Shown here piece after piece: positions 9,517 to 16,558 of a DNA stretch of 32,000 bases. Location: the NCBI GenBank assembly GCA_041659445.1, contig JBAZYG010000002.1, positions 1 through 32,000 on the forward strand, given 5' to 3'. Under the pieces are notes generated by a model that saw nothing but the letters and a program-made list of their open reading frames with translations, searched no databases and was not told the origin of the DNA. The stretch comes from Candidatus Saccharimonadota bacterium (GTDB lineage: Archaea; Nanobdellota; Nanobdellia; Pacearchaeales; GW2011-AR1). Each line of letters starts with the position of its first letter. Positions within the stretch are counted from its first letter, which is position 1. A program made the translations under genes and the position numbers.

Positions 9517-9941
9517 AATGGATGGAAGAAGAAGTGCAATTAAAAATAGAAGAAGCAAAAAGTTGGTTTGTTTTAGCACAAATATTAATCATCTTAGCAG
9601 GTTTTATGTTTGCCACATCTGGAATTTATCATAATAATTTAAAACAAACTGAAAAAATGATGGAAGATTTATTTTTCCAAGTATCAAATTCTGGAAAATT
9701 TACAATAAATGAAAATGATTCATATAGTCAATTTATAATGAATTATCAAAATAACTTAGGGGATGATGAAAGAAAATTCCAAATAAAAATTATGGAATAT
9801 AAAAAATGGGGGGAAATGCTAATAATGGTTTCTTTAATATTGTGGTTAATTGGTTATTACAAATTTTCAAAAAGAATAAAACATTTAATGAATTGGTTTA
9901 AAATTAAATCAAAATTAATCTCCCATAAAACCAAAAAGTAA
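9513..9941 (+). CDS. Hypothetical two-TM membrane protein
   Basis: 142 aa. The ORF-track start is a GTG overlapping the srp54 stop, and the first ATG is at 9522. Hydrophobic helices WFVLAQILIILAGFMFATSGIY and MLIMVSLILWLIGYY. Confidence 0.55.
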   Translation: MKWMEEEVQLKIEEAKSWFVLAQILIILAGFMFATSGIYHNNLKQTEKMMEDLFFQVSNSGKFTINENDSYSQFIMNYQNNLGDDERKFQIKIMEYKKWGEMLIMVSLILWLIGYYKFSKRIKHLMNWFKIKSKLISHKTKK

Positions 9942-9976
9942 ATCGGCAAGTTTTTAAGGAATATTGTCTTTGCAAA

Positions 9977-10345
9977 ATGATGAAGAAAAAATGGTCAATA
10001 ATAGGAATGATTATTGGTCTTATTATAGGATTTATCCTGGGTTATATTATCTTTTCTAATAACAACAAAGAAGATTTAAGTAGTAGTTTAATAAATTCTG
10101 ACTTTACCGTTGATGAATTTTCTTTGCTCAATAGCAATCCCGATTTTACTTATTTTTTTAATGAAGACGATTGTATTTCTGCATTTTATAATAGAACAGA
10201 ATTTATTGGTTTATCTAAACTTAAATCAGTTAATTGTAGCATAAAATCTACAAGTATTAATCTCTTAAATACAAATAGTTTAAATGAAGAAAATATAAAC
10301 ATTATCTCTCGTTGCAATTGTGATTATTTAGTTGGCTTAAATTAA
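9977..10345 (+). CDS. Membrane-anchored hypothetical protein
   Basis: 122 aa. N-terminal TM helix (WSIIGMIIGLIIGFILGYIIF) and an Asn/Ser-rich ectodomain with 4 Cys. Confidence 0.55.
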   Translation: MMKKKWSIIGMIIGLIIGFILGYIIFSNNNKEDLSSSLINSDFTVDEFSLLNSNPDFTYFFNEDDCISAFYNRTEFIGLSKLKSVNCSIKSTSINLLNTNSLNEENINIISRCNCDYLVGLN

Positions 10346-10575
10346 TCAATTACTAATTACGACGGAATTTTATTTAATGTTAAATAGTTTCTAATGAAGT
10401 TATAACAAATATCAAGACCTTTAATTAAAATATTTGCACTCTCAGTTGAGTCGTGAAATCCCTGACAAAAAGCCATTTTTTATCTTACGATATTATACAA
10501 TTTTTCCAACCTTAAAATCCCCCATTTCCCTAGTTTCCCCAAAACCCTTTTATACCAAATTCCCATTAAATTAAA

Positions 10576-11007
10576 ATGCGTAACAGAACAAAATACTTAA
10601 TCATTTTAGCAATCATGATTATTGCAACAGCAATGTCAATTGTTCTTTCATTTGTACCTTTAGATCAAGCATGTGGACAAGGAATCGACGGAAATAATGG
10701 AAGTTGTACAATAGTTCAAACATCAAAATATGAAAGCACATTTGGAATAAAAAATGCTCATTTGGGTTTGATTGCATTTCCAATTCTTTCAATATTAGCA
10801 ATTCTTGAACTAAGAAAATCAAAAAAATATCAAAAAAGATTGCTTAATTTTGGAATAATCGTTGGAAGTATTTTTGCAATATATTTTCTAGTTATTCAAT
10901 TTGCTGTATTAAAAGCAATTTGCAAATATTGTTTAGTAGTTGATATAGGAGTTTTAATAAGCCTTGGACTTTTATTTATAGAAGAAAAAAAGATAATTGG
11001 AAAATAA
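10576..11007 (+). CDS. Vitamin K epoxide reductase (VKOR) family disulfide oxidoreductase, stand-alone 4-TM core
   Basis: 143 aa with four hydrophobic segments. Loop Cys pair is C-x10-C (CGQGIDGNNGSC), followed by TSKYESTFGIKNAHLGL. A CKYC (CxxC) motif sits at the start of the last TM. This is the VKOR signature. Confidence 0.75.
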   Translation: MRNRTKYLIILAIMIIATAMSIVLSFVPLDQACGQGIDGNNGSCTIVQTSKYESTFGIKNAHLGLIAFPILSILAILELRKSKKYQKRLLNFGIIVGSIFAIYFLVIQFAVLKAICKYCLVVDIGVLISLGLLFIEEKKIIGK

Positions 11008-11020
11008 ATTAAAAAATAAA

Positions 11021-11638
11021 ATGAAAATAATAGGGCAAGGAGCAGAAGCAATAATTTATCTTGACAAAAAAAACAATTCAGTTATAAAAGACAGAATTTC
11101 AAAAGCTTATAGAATTCCAGAATTAGATAAAAAAATAATCAAACAAAGAACAAAAGCAGAAGAAAAAATTCTTGAAAAAACAAGCAAAATAATTTCTGTT
11201 CCAAAACCAAAAAATTCAAAAGAATTCAACAAAATAATAATGCCTTTTATTAACGGAAAAAAACTTTCTTCAAGTTTAGAAGACTTTTCATTAAAAGAAC
11301 AAAAATCTATTATGAATATAATTGGAAAAGATGTTGCAAAAATGCACGAAAATGGAATAATTCATGGAGACTTGACAACAAGCAATATGATTTACGTGCA
11401 AAAAGAAAAAAAAGTTTATTTTATTGACTTTGGATTAGGATTTCAAAACGGAAAAATAGAAGACAAAGGAATTGATGTTCATTTGTTAAAACAAGCTTTA
11501 GAAGCAAAACACTTTTCAAACTGGGAAATTTTATTCAAAGAATTTGAAAAAGCATATTCCTCAATAAATCCAAGTGAATCTAAAAAAATTTTTGAAAGAT
11601 TAAAAGCAATTGAAAAGCGTGGAAGATATAGAAATTAA
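11021..11638 (+). CDS. bud32: KEOPS complex kinase/ATPase Bud32 (stand-alone)
   Basis: The ORF-track start (10997) is a TTG overlapping the VKOR gene. The first ATG at 11021 gives MKIIGQGAEAIIY. Motifs present: HGDLTTSNMI catalytic loop, IDFGLG, EDKGIDVHLLKQALE. Confidence 0.85.
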   Translation: MKIIGQGAEAIIYLDKKNNSVIKDRISKAYRIPELDKKIIKQRTKAEEKILEKTSKIISVPKPKNSKEFNKIIMPFINGKKLSSSLEDFSLKEQKSIMNIIGKDVAKMHENGIIHGDLTTSNMIYVQKEKKVYFIDFGLGFQNGKIEDKGIDVHLLKQALEAKHFSNWEILFKEFEKAYSSINPSESKKIFERLKAIEKRGRYRN

Positions 11639-11639
11639 A

Positions 11640-12200
11640 TTATAATTTCTTTTCAAAATTCTCTTTAACCCAAGAATCAAAAGCAATTTCAACACAATCA
11701 ATTCTTTCCTGAAGAGACATGTTTTCTCTTCCCTTTGGAAAAGGCACTTTTCTATATCCTGGAAGATGCTCATATAATTTAAAAACAGGAATACCAAAAA
11801 CGTTTTTCATAAAATTATAAGTCAAATTTGCTCTTAATTTTAGAATATTTTCATCTTTAGGATGCTCTTCAAAAATTCCATTTGCTTTCCAAATTTTTTC
11901 TAAATCTTCTCTAAATGCTCCTGATATAGAAACTGCTATGTGAAAATAATCTGAAATATCTCCATGACAAATAGGAATAATTATTCCCGAAACATCTGTT
12001 TTCAAATTTATCCTTCCTCTTTGATAAAAAGGTTTAAGATGTTCTGCAATTTCCTGATAATTGGATTCTATTAAATTTGGGTTATTTAACTTATTTACAA
12101 GATTCTTTTTAAGAAAACTTTGATCCAATTTATATGTATCAGGATATTTATAATGACCTCCTTCTAAAGGTCCTGTAAAATAGAAATTTAAATTTTCCAT
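11640..12200 (-). CDS. Hypothetical protein
   Basis: 186 aa clean ORF with a TATA-like CTTTAAAAAG about 25 nt upstream. No family recognised. Confidence 0.6.
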   Translation of the reverse strand: MENLNFYFTGPLEGGHYKYPDTYKLDQSFLKKNLVNKLNNPNLIESNYQEIAEHLKPFYQRGRINLKTDVSGIIIPICHGDISDYFHIAVSISGAFREDLEKIWKANGIFEEHPKDENILKLRANLTYNFMKNVFGIPVFKLYEHLPGYRKVPFPKGRENMSLQERIDCVEIAFDSWVKENFEKKL

Positions 12201-12259
12201 AAATCAAAAACAAATTAACAACTTTTTAAAGATTTATTTAATTAAAAGTATATATTCAA

Positions 12260-12508
12260 TCACAATTTATAAACTTTGTAACCTTTTCTAACTTTTTCAG
12301 AAATCTTAATTCCAACATCATCGCCTTTTTTTGCTTCTTTTATAGATTTATTATGAATTTGCATACTTTCTACAACTTGCTCTAAATCAGTGTCTCCTCC
12401 AACAATTCGAATCATGTCTCCGACTTTTAAACCAGATTTTAATTTTATTGCAACAACTCCAACATGTTCAAAATAATTTGATACAACACCTATTTGTTTT
12501 TCTGCCAT
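12260..12508 (-). CDS. Small stand-alone EF-Tu domain-2-like beta-barrel protein (translation elongation factor-like protein)
   Basis: 82 aa. IGVVSNYFEHVGVVAIKLKSGLKVGDMIRIVG...SMQIHNKSIKEAKKGDDVGIKI...GYKVYK matches the pattern I recall for this small family. Confidence 0.55.
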   Translation of the reverse strand: MAEKQIGVVSNYFEHVGVVAIKLKSGLKVGDMIRIVGGDTDLEQVVESMQIHNKSIKEAKKGDDVGIKISEKVRKGYKVYKL

Positions 12509-12660
12509 AAAAAATAAAAGTCATACACATATTTAAATATAACGCTGAAATAAATAACTTCTTAATAATAAACTACAATTTTAACTTTAAAATGCTCCTA
12601 TCTCAGTACTATCTTAAAATGCTCGTGAATTCATATAAAGAATTTCAATCTTAAAAGACT

Positions 12661-12906
12661 ATGAAAAAGACTTACCTCAAATGTCAAACAAAAGAGGCAG
12701 AGTTTGAAGATGAGTGTCTTGTTATGATTCCTCTTTCAAACGGAAAAGTCCATTCAGGTGTGATTGAAAAAAAGTTTTTTAACAAAAAGGGGTATTTGGA
12801 AATTGTTTTGATTGAAGATCATGGAGAAAAAGCATTGATTATGCTTCCACAAGACCTTAATAGAAAAACAACAATTGTAGTAGATTCAAAAAACATCATC
12901 ATTTAA
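12661..12906 (+). CDS. Hypothetical protein
   Basis: 81 aa ORF. Its 3' end overlaps the convergent MinD-like gene by 8 nt. No family recognised. Confidence 0.45.
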   Translation: MKKTYLKCQTKEAEFEDECLVMIPLSNGKVHSGVIEKKFFNKKGYLEIVLIEDHGEKALIMLPQDLNRKTTIVVDSKNIII

Positions 12907-13693
12907 ACATTGTCTCATAGTATATTTCCCTATTGATATCTTGCTTTTTAGGAGTAATTCTCTTAAAATATCTTAAAAAAGTTTTAGGCTCATATTTTTC
13001 TCCAGTCAAAATCCCAGCTAATTTTTTATATTCAACAGAACCTCTTGAAGATGGATTTTGCAAAGTATATGGAACAAAATTAAAAATTGCTTTGTTAAAA
13101 TAAGCATCATGAGGAATAACAGCAAGAACAGGAATTTCAGCTGTTCTCTCAATGCTTTCTAAACTTAACTCAAAGGATTTATTATACACTTTATTTAAAA
13201 TAAGCCCAGTAATATTTATCCCTCGGTTTTTTGCAGTTTTTATTGCCTTTAGAGTCATGCTCAGCGTCGGATAATCTGGAGTTGTGATAACAAAAAGTTC
13301 ATCTGAAGCAAGCATAACAGACAAGGTTTCTTCATTCAACGACGGTGATGAATCTAAAATAATAAAATCATATTTGGATTTAACAAATTTCAAATGGTCT
13401 TTTAATTTTAAAGGATTTATTAAAGGTTCATTGAAAACAGAAGCAGGAATTAAATCAAAATTTCCTAAAGAATGAATTGCATCATTTATCGACGAATTAT
13501 TATTTAAAACATGATGAATTGTTTTTTCTGGATTTATTACATTCAAACAAATTCCTAAATTAGGAGCTGAAAAATTGCAATCAATTAAAAGAACTTTTTT
13601 TCCAGATTCAGCCAAGCAAGAACCAATTGCTAATACACTTGAAGTTTTTCCAACACCTCCCTTTAAACTTAACACCCCTAAAATTTTCCCCAT
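12899..13693 (-). CDS. MinD/ParA-family P-loop ATPase
   Basis: 264 aa. Deviant Walker A LKGGVGKTSS at the N-terminus, then LLIDCN and IILDSSPS motifs. Confidence 0.85.
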   Translation of the reverse strand: MGKILGVLSLKGGVGKTSSVLAIGSCLAESGKKVLLIDCNFSAPNLGICLNVINPEKTIHHVLNNNSSINDAIHSLGNFDLIPASVFNEPLINPLKLKDHLKFVKSKYDFIILDSSPSLNEETLSVMLASDELFVITTPDYPTLSMTLKAIKTAKNRGINITGLILNKVYNKSFELSLESIERTAEIPVLAVIPHDAYFNKAIFNFVPYTLQNPSSRGSVEYKKLAGILTGEKYEPKTFLRYFKRITPKKQDINREIYYETMFK

Positions 13694-13732
13694 GATTTAA
13701 AAAAGTAAAATTAATTTAAATAACTTACTTTA

Positions 13733-15187
13733 TTATTGAGATACGCTCCATTTTTTTAAAAATCTATTTTTAAGAAAATCTGTAAAACCTTGAGAAGAAA
13801 TAATATTGAAATTTGAAGAATCTTGTTGTTGAGATTCAACACTTTGTTGTTCTTGCTCTTGCTGTCCTTGAGTTGTTTGAGATTCTTCAGAACTTTCTGT
13901 ACCCTCACTAGAAGTATCAGTTGAAACTTGACATTTATACCTAATTTTATAATCATTAACACATACGCCATTTTGCTGATTTACTGCTTTACAATAAAGT
14001 CCTGTTCTATAATCACAACTAACAACTTCTCCAGTTTGATGATAGTCTATTCCCGACGCTGTTTGACATTCAATATCAATAATCTTAGAACAATCATCAG
14101 GAAGAACATTCCAACCACTATGATATTCTATATCAGAACCATCACTTGAATCATCTAAATTATACCAAGGAGTCCAACCATTTTCAAGTTGAGGGATTAT
14201 TGCGTTTGGGTCATTAACAGACATGCAAATTCCGTCAGAACAACCATATTTACAAATAATTGTTTGACCAGAATTTATTTTTCCTGCAGCAGGCTTATAA
14301 GTTTGAGCGTAACAAGAATATTTCTTAAGATTTTGTGAATTTATACAATAATCTGTTTTTTGTTCATAAAAAATATCATTCTCTACAACAGCGTCCCTGA
14401 AATATCTATCATAAGTAGATGTTGAAACTTTTCCTGTTTTTGTGCACGAATAATAAATTCCTTCTTCTATGCAAGCACCATTAGAACAACCATGAGGACA
14501 TTTTGATGTTCCACTTGCTCCAAATGTTTTTTCAACTACATAAACATCTAAAGGTATTGACATTGGAGGACTAGCAAACCAACTAAAATAAGGATAAGAA
14601 TAACAAGCATATTCTTTCAGAGTATAACTATTAGAACAATAATCTGTAAAAGAGTTTAAAGTATTAATATCTTCTTTAGTGTAACCAGTAGTTGTTCCTT
14701 TTACATACTTTGCATCATTACTATTACTTGGTGCAACTTGTTGAATAACTTCCGACGCTGAATAAGGACCATTCGCAAGTACATTTACGTTAGTATCACT
14801 ATCTGAACAAGAATTAAAGATATATCTTTCTTCATAATTTAAACATCTTCCATCAAAGCATCCATATTCACAATTTTTTTTATCTGAAACAAGATTTCCA
14901 TAAACATCACAACCTTTTTCATGAACTCTAAAACTATTTTCAGAAGAAACAATATAACAAGCATCAGTAGCAGTATTTCCAGAGGCATCTGTTACAGTTC
15001 CTTTGATATAAATATTTGAACCGCCATCACTATCAGTGCAATATCCTTCTCCAATAACATTTGCAGAAGTTCCTTCAGAAAAAAAATTCTTTATTTTATA
15101 AAAAAATCCCGAAGATGAAGCTAATGCAAAAGGGATTATTAAAATTAATAAAATCAAAGCAATAACAAAACCACTCTTTTTCATCAT
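13733..15187 (-). CDS. Secreted 24-Cys protein: three 6-Cys modules, a WxxW-like domain and a Gln/Glu/Ser-rich tail
   Basis: 484 aa. Signal/anchor is KKSGFVIALILLILIIPFALASS. Three modules each end in C-x-[YH]-G-C-x-[DN]-G-x-C (CEYGCFDGRC, CPHGCSNGAC, CKYGCSDGIC). Residues 338-420 begin WTPWYNLDD and end DYKIRYKC. The low-complexity tail is TESSEESQTTQGQQEQEQQSVESQQQ. Confidence 0.8.
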   Translation of the reverse strand: MMKKSGFVIALILLILIIPFALASSSGFFYKIKNFFSEGTSANVIGEGYCTDSDGGSNIYIKGTVTDASGNTATDACYIVSSENSFRVHEKGCDVYGNLVSDKKNCEYGCFDGRCLNYEERYIFNSCSDSDTNVNVLANGPYSASEVIQQVAPSNSNDAKYVKGTTTGYTKEDINTLNSFTDYCSNSYTLKEYACYSYPYFSWFASPPMSIPLDVYVVEKTFGASGTSKCPHGCSNGACIEEGIYYSCTKTGKVSTSTYDRYFRDAVVENDIFYEQKTDYCINSQNLKKYSCYAQTYKPAAGKINSGQTIICKYGCSDGICMSVNDPNAIIPQLENGWTPWYNLDDSSDGSDIEYHSGWNVLPDDCSKIIDIECQTASGIDYHQTGEVVSCDYRTGLYCKAVNQQNGVCVNDYKIRYKCQVSTDTSSEGTESSEESQTTQGQQEQEQQSVESQQQDSSNFNIISSQGFTDFLKNRFLKKWSVSQ

Positions 15188-15233
15188 AAATAACTTAAAA
15201 AAAAGAACTATATAAAATTAATTAATTTTGAAA

Positions 15234-15306
15234 TAGCCCTGCCAGGATTCGAACCTGGGTCCCTGCCTCCAAAGGGCAGTATACTTGACCGCTGTACTAC
15301 AGGGCT
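15234..15306 (-). tRNA. tRNA-Gln (anticodon UUG)
   Basis: The minus strand reads AGCCCTG TA GTAC AGCGGTCAA GTAT A CTGCC CTTTGGA GGCAG GGAC CCAGG TTCGAAT CCTGG CAGGGCT A. It has a 7-bp acceptor stem with A1-U72, perfect 5-bp anticodon and T stems, a GTTCGAAT T-loop and no encoded CCA. Confidence 0.9.
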
Positions 15307-15381
15307 TTAAAGTTTTTCTGTAGTACACTTATCAACCGCGTCGAAAAGGAAGTTGAACATGAAGGAACCTTGGTTCCTTAT

Positions 15382-15399
15382 GCTGTACTACAGGGCTTT
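15382..15399 (-). repeat. Second copy of the tRNA-Gln 5' end (2 leader nt plus tRNA positions 1-16)
   Basis: gctgtactacagggcttt at 15382-15399 is identical to 15291-15308, offset 91 nt. An inverted 10-mer ctgtagtaca at 15318-15327 lies between the copies. Confidence 0.9.
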
Positions 15400-15420
15400 T
15401 AATTATCAAATCATATTTCT

Positions 15421-15428
15421 ATTTATAA
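15421..15428 (-). promoter_or_regulatory. TATA box (TTATAAAT) positioned for the distal tRNA-Gln 5' copy
   Basis: The minus strand reads CTCTTATAAATAGAAATATGATTTGATAATTAAA|AGCCCTG. There are 23 nt between the box and the distal A1. This is typical archaeal TATA-to-start spacing. Confidence 0.5.
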
Positions 15429-15519
15429 GAGTTTTGATGATAAAAGAATTTTAAAAATTATTAACTAAATAGTAGTTACATATAGAAAGATTTAAATACT
15501 TAAAAATTGTTTAAAAAAC

Positions 15520-16146
15520 ATGGGGAAAAAAGAACAAATTCAACAATATTTAACTTCTTTAGAAGCAACTCTAAATGAAATGTCTTTAACAAATGAAGGT
15601 CAAAATTTTTATAAGAATGTGAATGAATTCTTAAAAAATCCAAACAAATATTTAATTAACTCTCAAAATTCAAACAATGATAACGTAGATTTTCATGAAA
15701 AAAATCAATTAGAAAAAATAACTTTAGAAGAATCAGAACAAAAAGTCGAACAATTTATCAAAAATGCAAAATCTCAAGGAAAAGAAATTTGGTATAGTTC
15801 ATTTCCAGATCCTGAAGGTTTTTTTTGGGATGATAAAAAGCAAAAGAGTATAGAATATAATTCATTTTATGTTATAACAAAACTTCCAAGTTCAGATGAT
15901 GCAGAATTTATGATTCTTCCAGAAGATGAAACCAAAATGAAAATTAATGCTATTTCAAGTTGGAAGCAATATATTCGTCCAGTATGTAATATTATTTTGA
16001 AACAAAATGTGAACTCTTATGAAGAAAGTAAAATTATCCAACATAAACAAGGAAAATTATATCATGAAGGAATGAAATGGAAAATAAGAGACAAAGAAAA
16101 AGATGGAATCTTAATTGATTTATATGCTCCGGGAATAATTGAATAA
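15520..16146 (+). CDS. Hypothetical protein
   Basis: 208 aa clean ORF, soluble-looking. No family recognised. Confidence 0.6.
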   Translation: MGKKEQIQQYLTSLEATLNEMSLTNEGQNFYKNVNEFLKNPNKYLINSQNSNNDNVDFHEKNQLEKITLEESEQKVEQFIKNAKSQGKEIWYSSFPDPEGFFWDDKKQKSIEYNSFYVITKLPSSDDAEFMILPEDETKMKINAISSWKQYIRPVCNIILKQNVNSYEESKIIQHKQGKLYHEGMKWKIRDKEKDGILIDLYAPGIIE

Positions 16147-16208
16147 ACATTTATTTCTAAAAAAACAGTCATCACAAGCTTTAAAAAACCAGAATACAAA
16201 GTATTGAG

Positions 16209-16544
16209 ATGGTAAAAAAAGTTGAACCAGAAAACCCAAAAATCTCACAAGAAGAGTATGAAAAGAAAGTAATTGAATTAGCAAAAAAAGGACTTACTAG
16301 TGAGAAAATCGGTGAAGAATTAAGAAAACAAAAAATTCATCCTAGCGAGTATAATAAAAAAATATCACAGATTTTGAAAAAAAATAATCTTTATGTAAAC
16401 CCGGATTTAAAAAATACTCAAAAAAAATTAGAAGGAATTGAAAAACATTATTCTAAAAACAAACAAGACAAAAGAGCAAAAAGAGAAAAAGACAGAGTTT
16501 TTGCAAAAGTTAGAAAGATTAAGAAATATTTAAAATTAAACTGA
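16209..16544 (+). CDS. rps15: 30S ribosomal protein S15 (uS15, short form)
   Basis: 111 aa. GLTSEKIGEELRKQ near the N-terminus and a C-terminal HYSKNKQDKRAKR...KVRKIKKYL, which is the archaeal/eukaryotic S15/S13e pattern. Confidence 0.8.
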   Translation: MVKKVEPENPKISQEEYEKKVIELAKKGLTSEKIGEELRKQKIHPSEYNKKISQILKKNNLYVNPDLKNTQKKLEGIEKHYSKNKQDKRAKREKDRVFAKVRKIKKYLKLN

Positions 16545-16558
16545 AAGTATTTTCTAAA

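Noticed and set aside
9401-9616. 71-aa ORF on the minus strand
   Set aside because: Antisense to the srp54 3' end and the downstream membrane-protein gene. No independent support.
10357-10476. 39-aa minus-strand ORF (MAFCQGFHDSTESANILIKGL...) in the 230-bp intergenic region upstream of the VKOR gene
   Set aside because: Short, with no recognisable motif, no clear promoter spacing and no coupling to a neighbour. It could be real, but nothing in the sequence supports it.
10619-10822. 67-aa ORF on the minus strand
   Set aside because: Antisense shadow of the VKOR gene.
11600-11797. 65-aa ORF on the minus strand
   Set aside because: Out-of-frame overlap with the 186-aa gene and the bud32 3' end.
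12591-12653. 20-aa upstream ORF (MLLSQYYLKMLVNSYKEFQS) ahead of the 81-aa gene
   Set aside because: It arises from the ATG inside the repeated TTAAAATGCTC 11-mer and lies upstream of the likely TATA box of the downstream gene. It is probably not translated.
13284-13475. 63-aa ORF on the plus strand
   Set aside because: Antisense shadow of the MinD/ParA gene.
13756-14149. 71-aa (-) and 73-aa (+) ORFs at 13756-13971 and 13928-14149
   Set aside because: Both lie inside the 484-aa Cys-rich gene in other frames. The real frame is supported by the signal peptide and repeated Cys motifs.
15318-15394. 77-nt segment bounded by 10-bp inverted repeats (ctgtagtaca...tgtactacag) considered as a plus-strand tRNA or a MITE
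   Set aside because: It cannot be folded into a cloverleaf: there are no T arm or D arm equivalents, and the internal hairpin has only a 4-nt loop. The inverted ends are explained as copies of the tRNA-Gln 5' segment. No other copies are in the window to support a mobile element.
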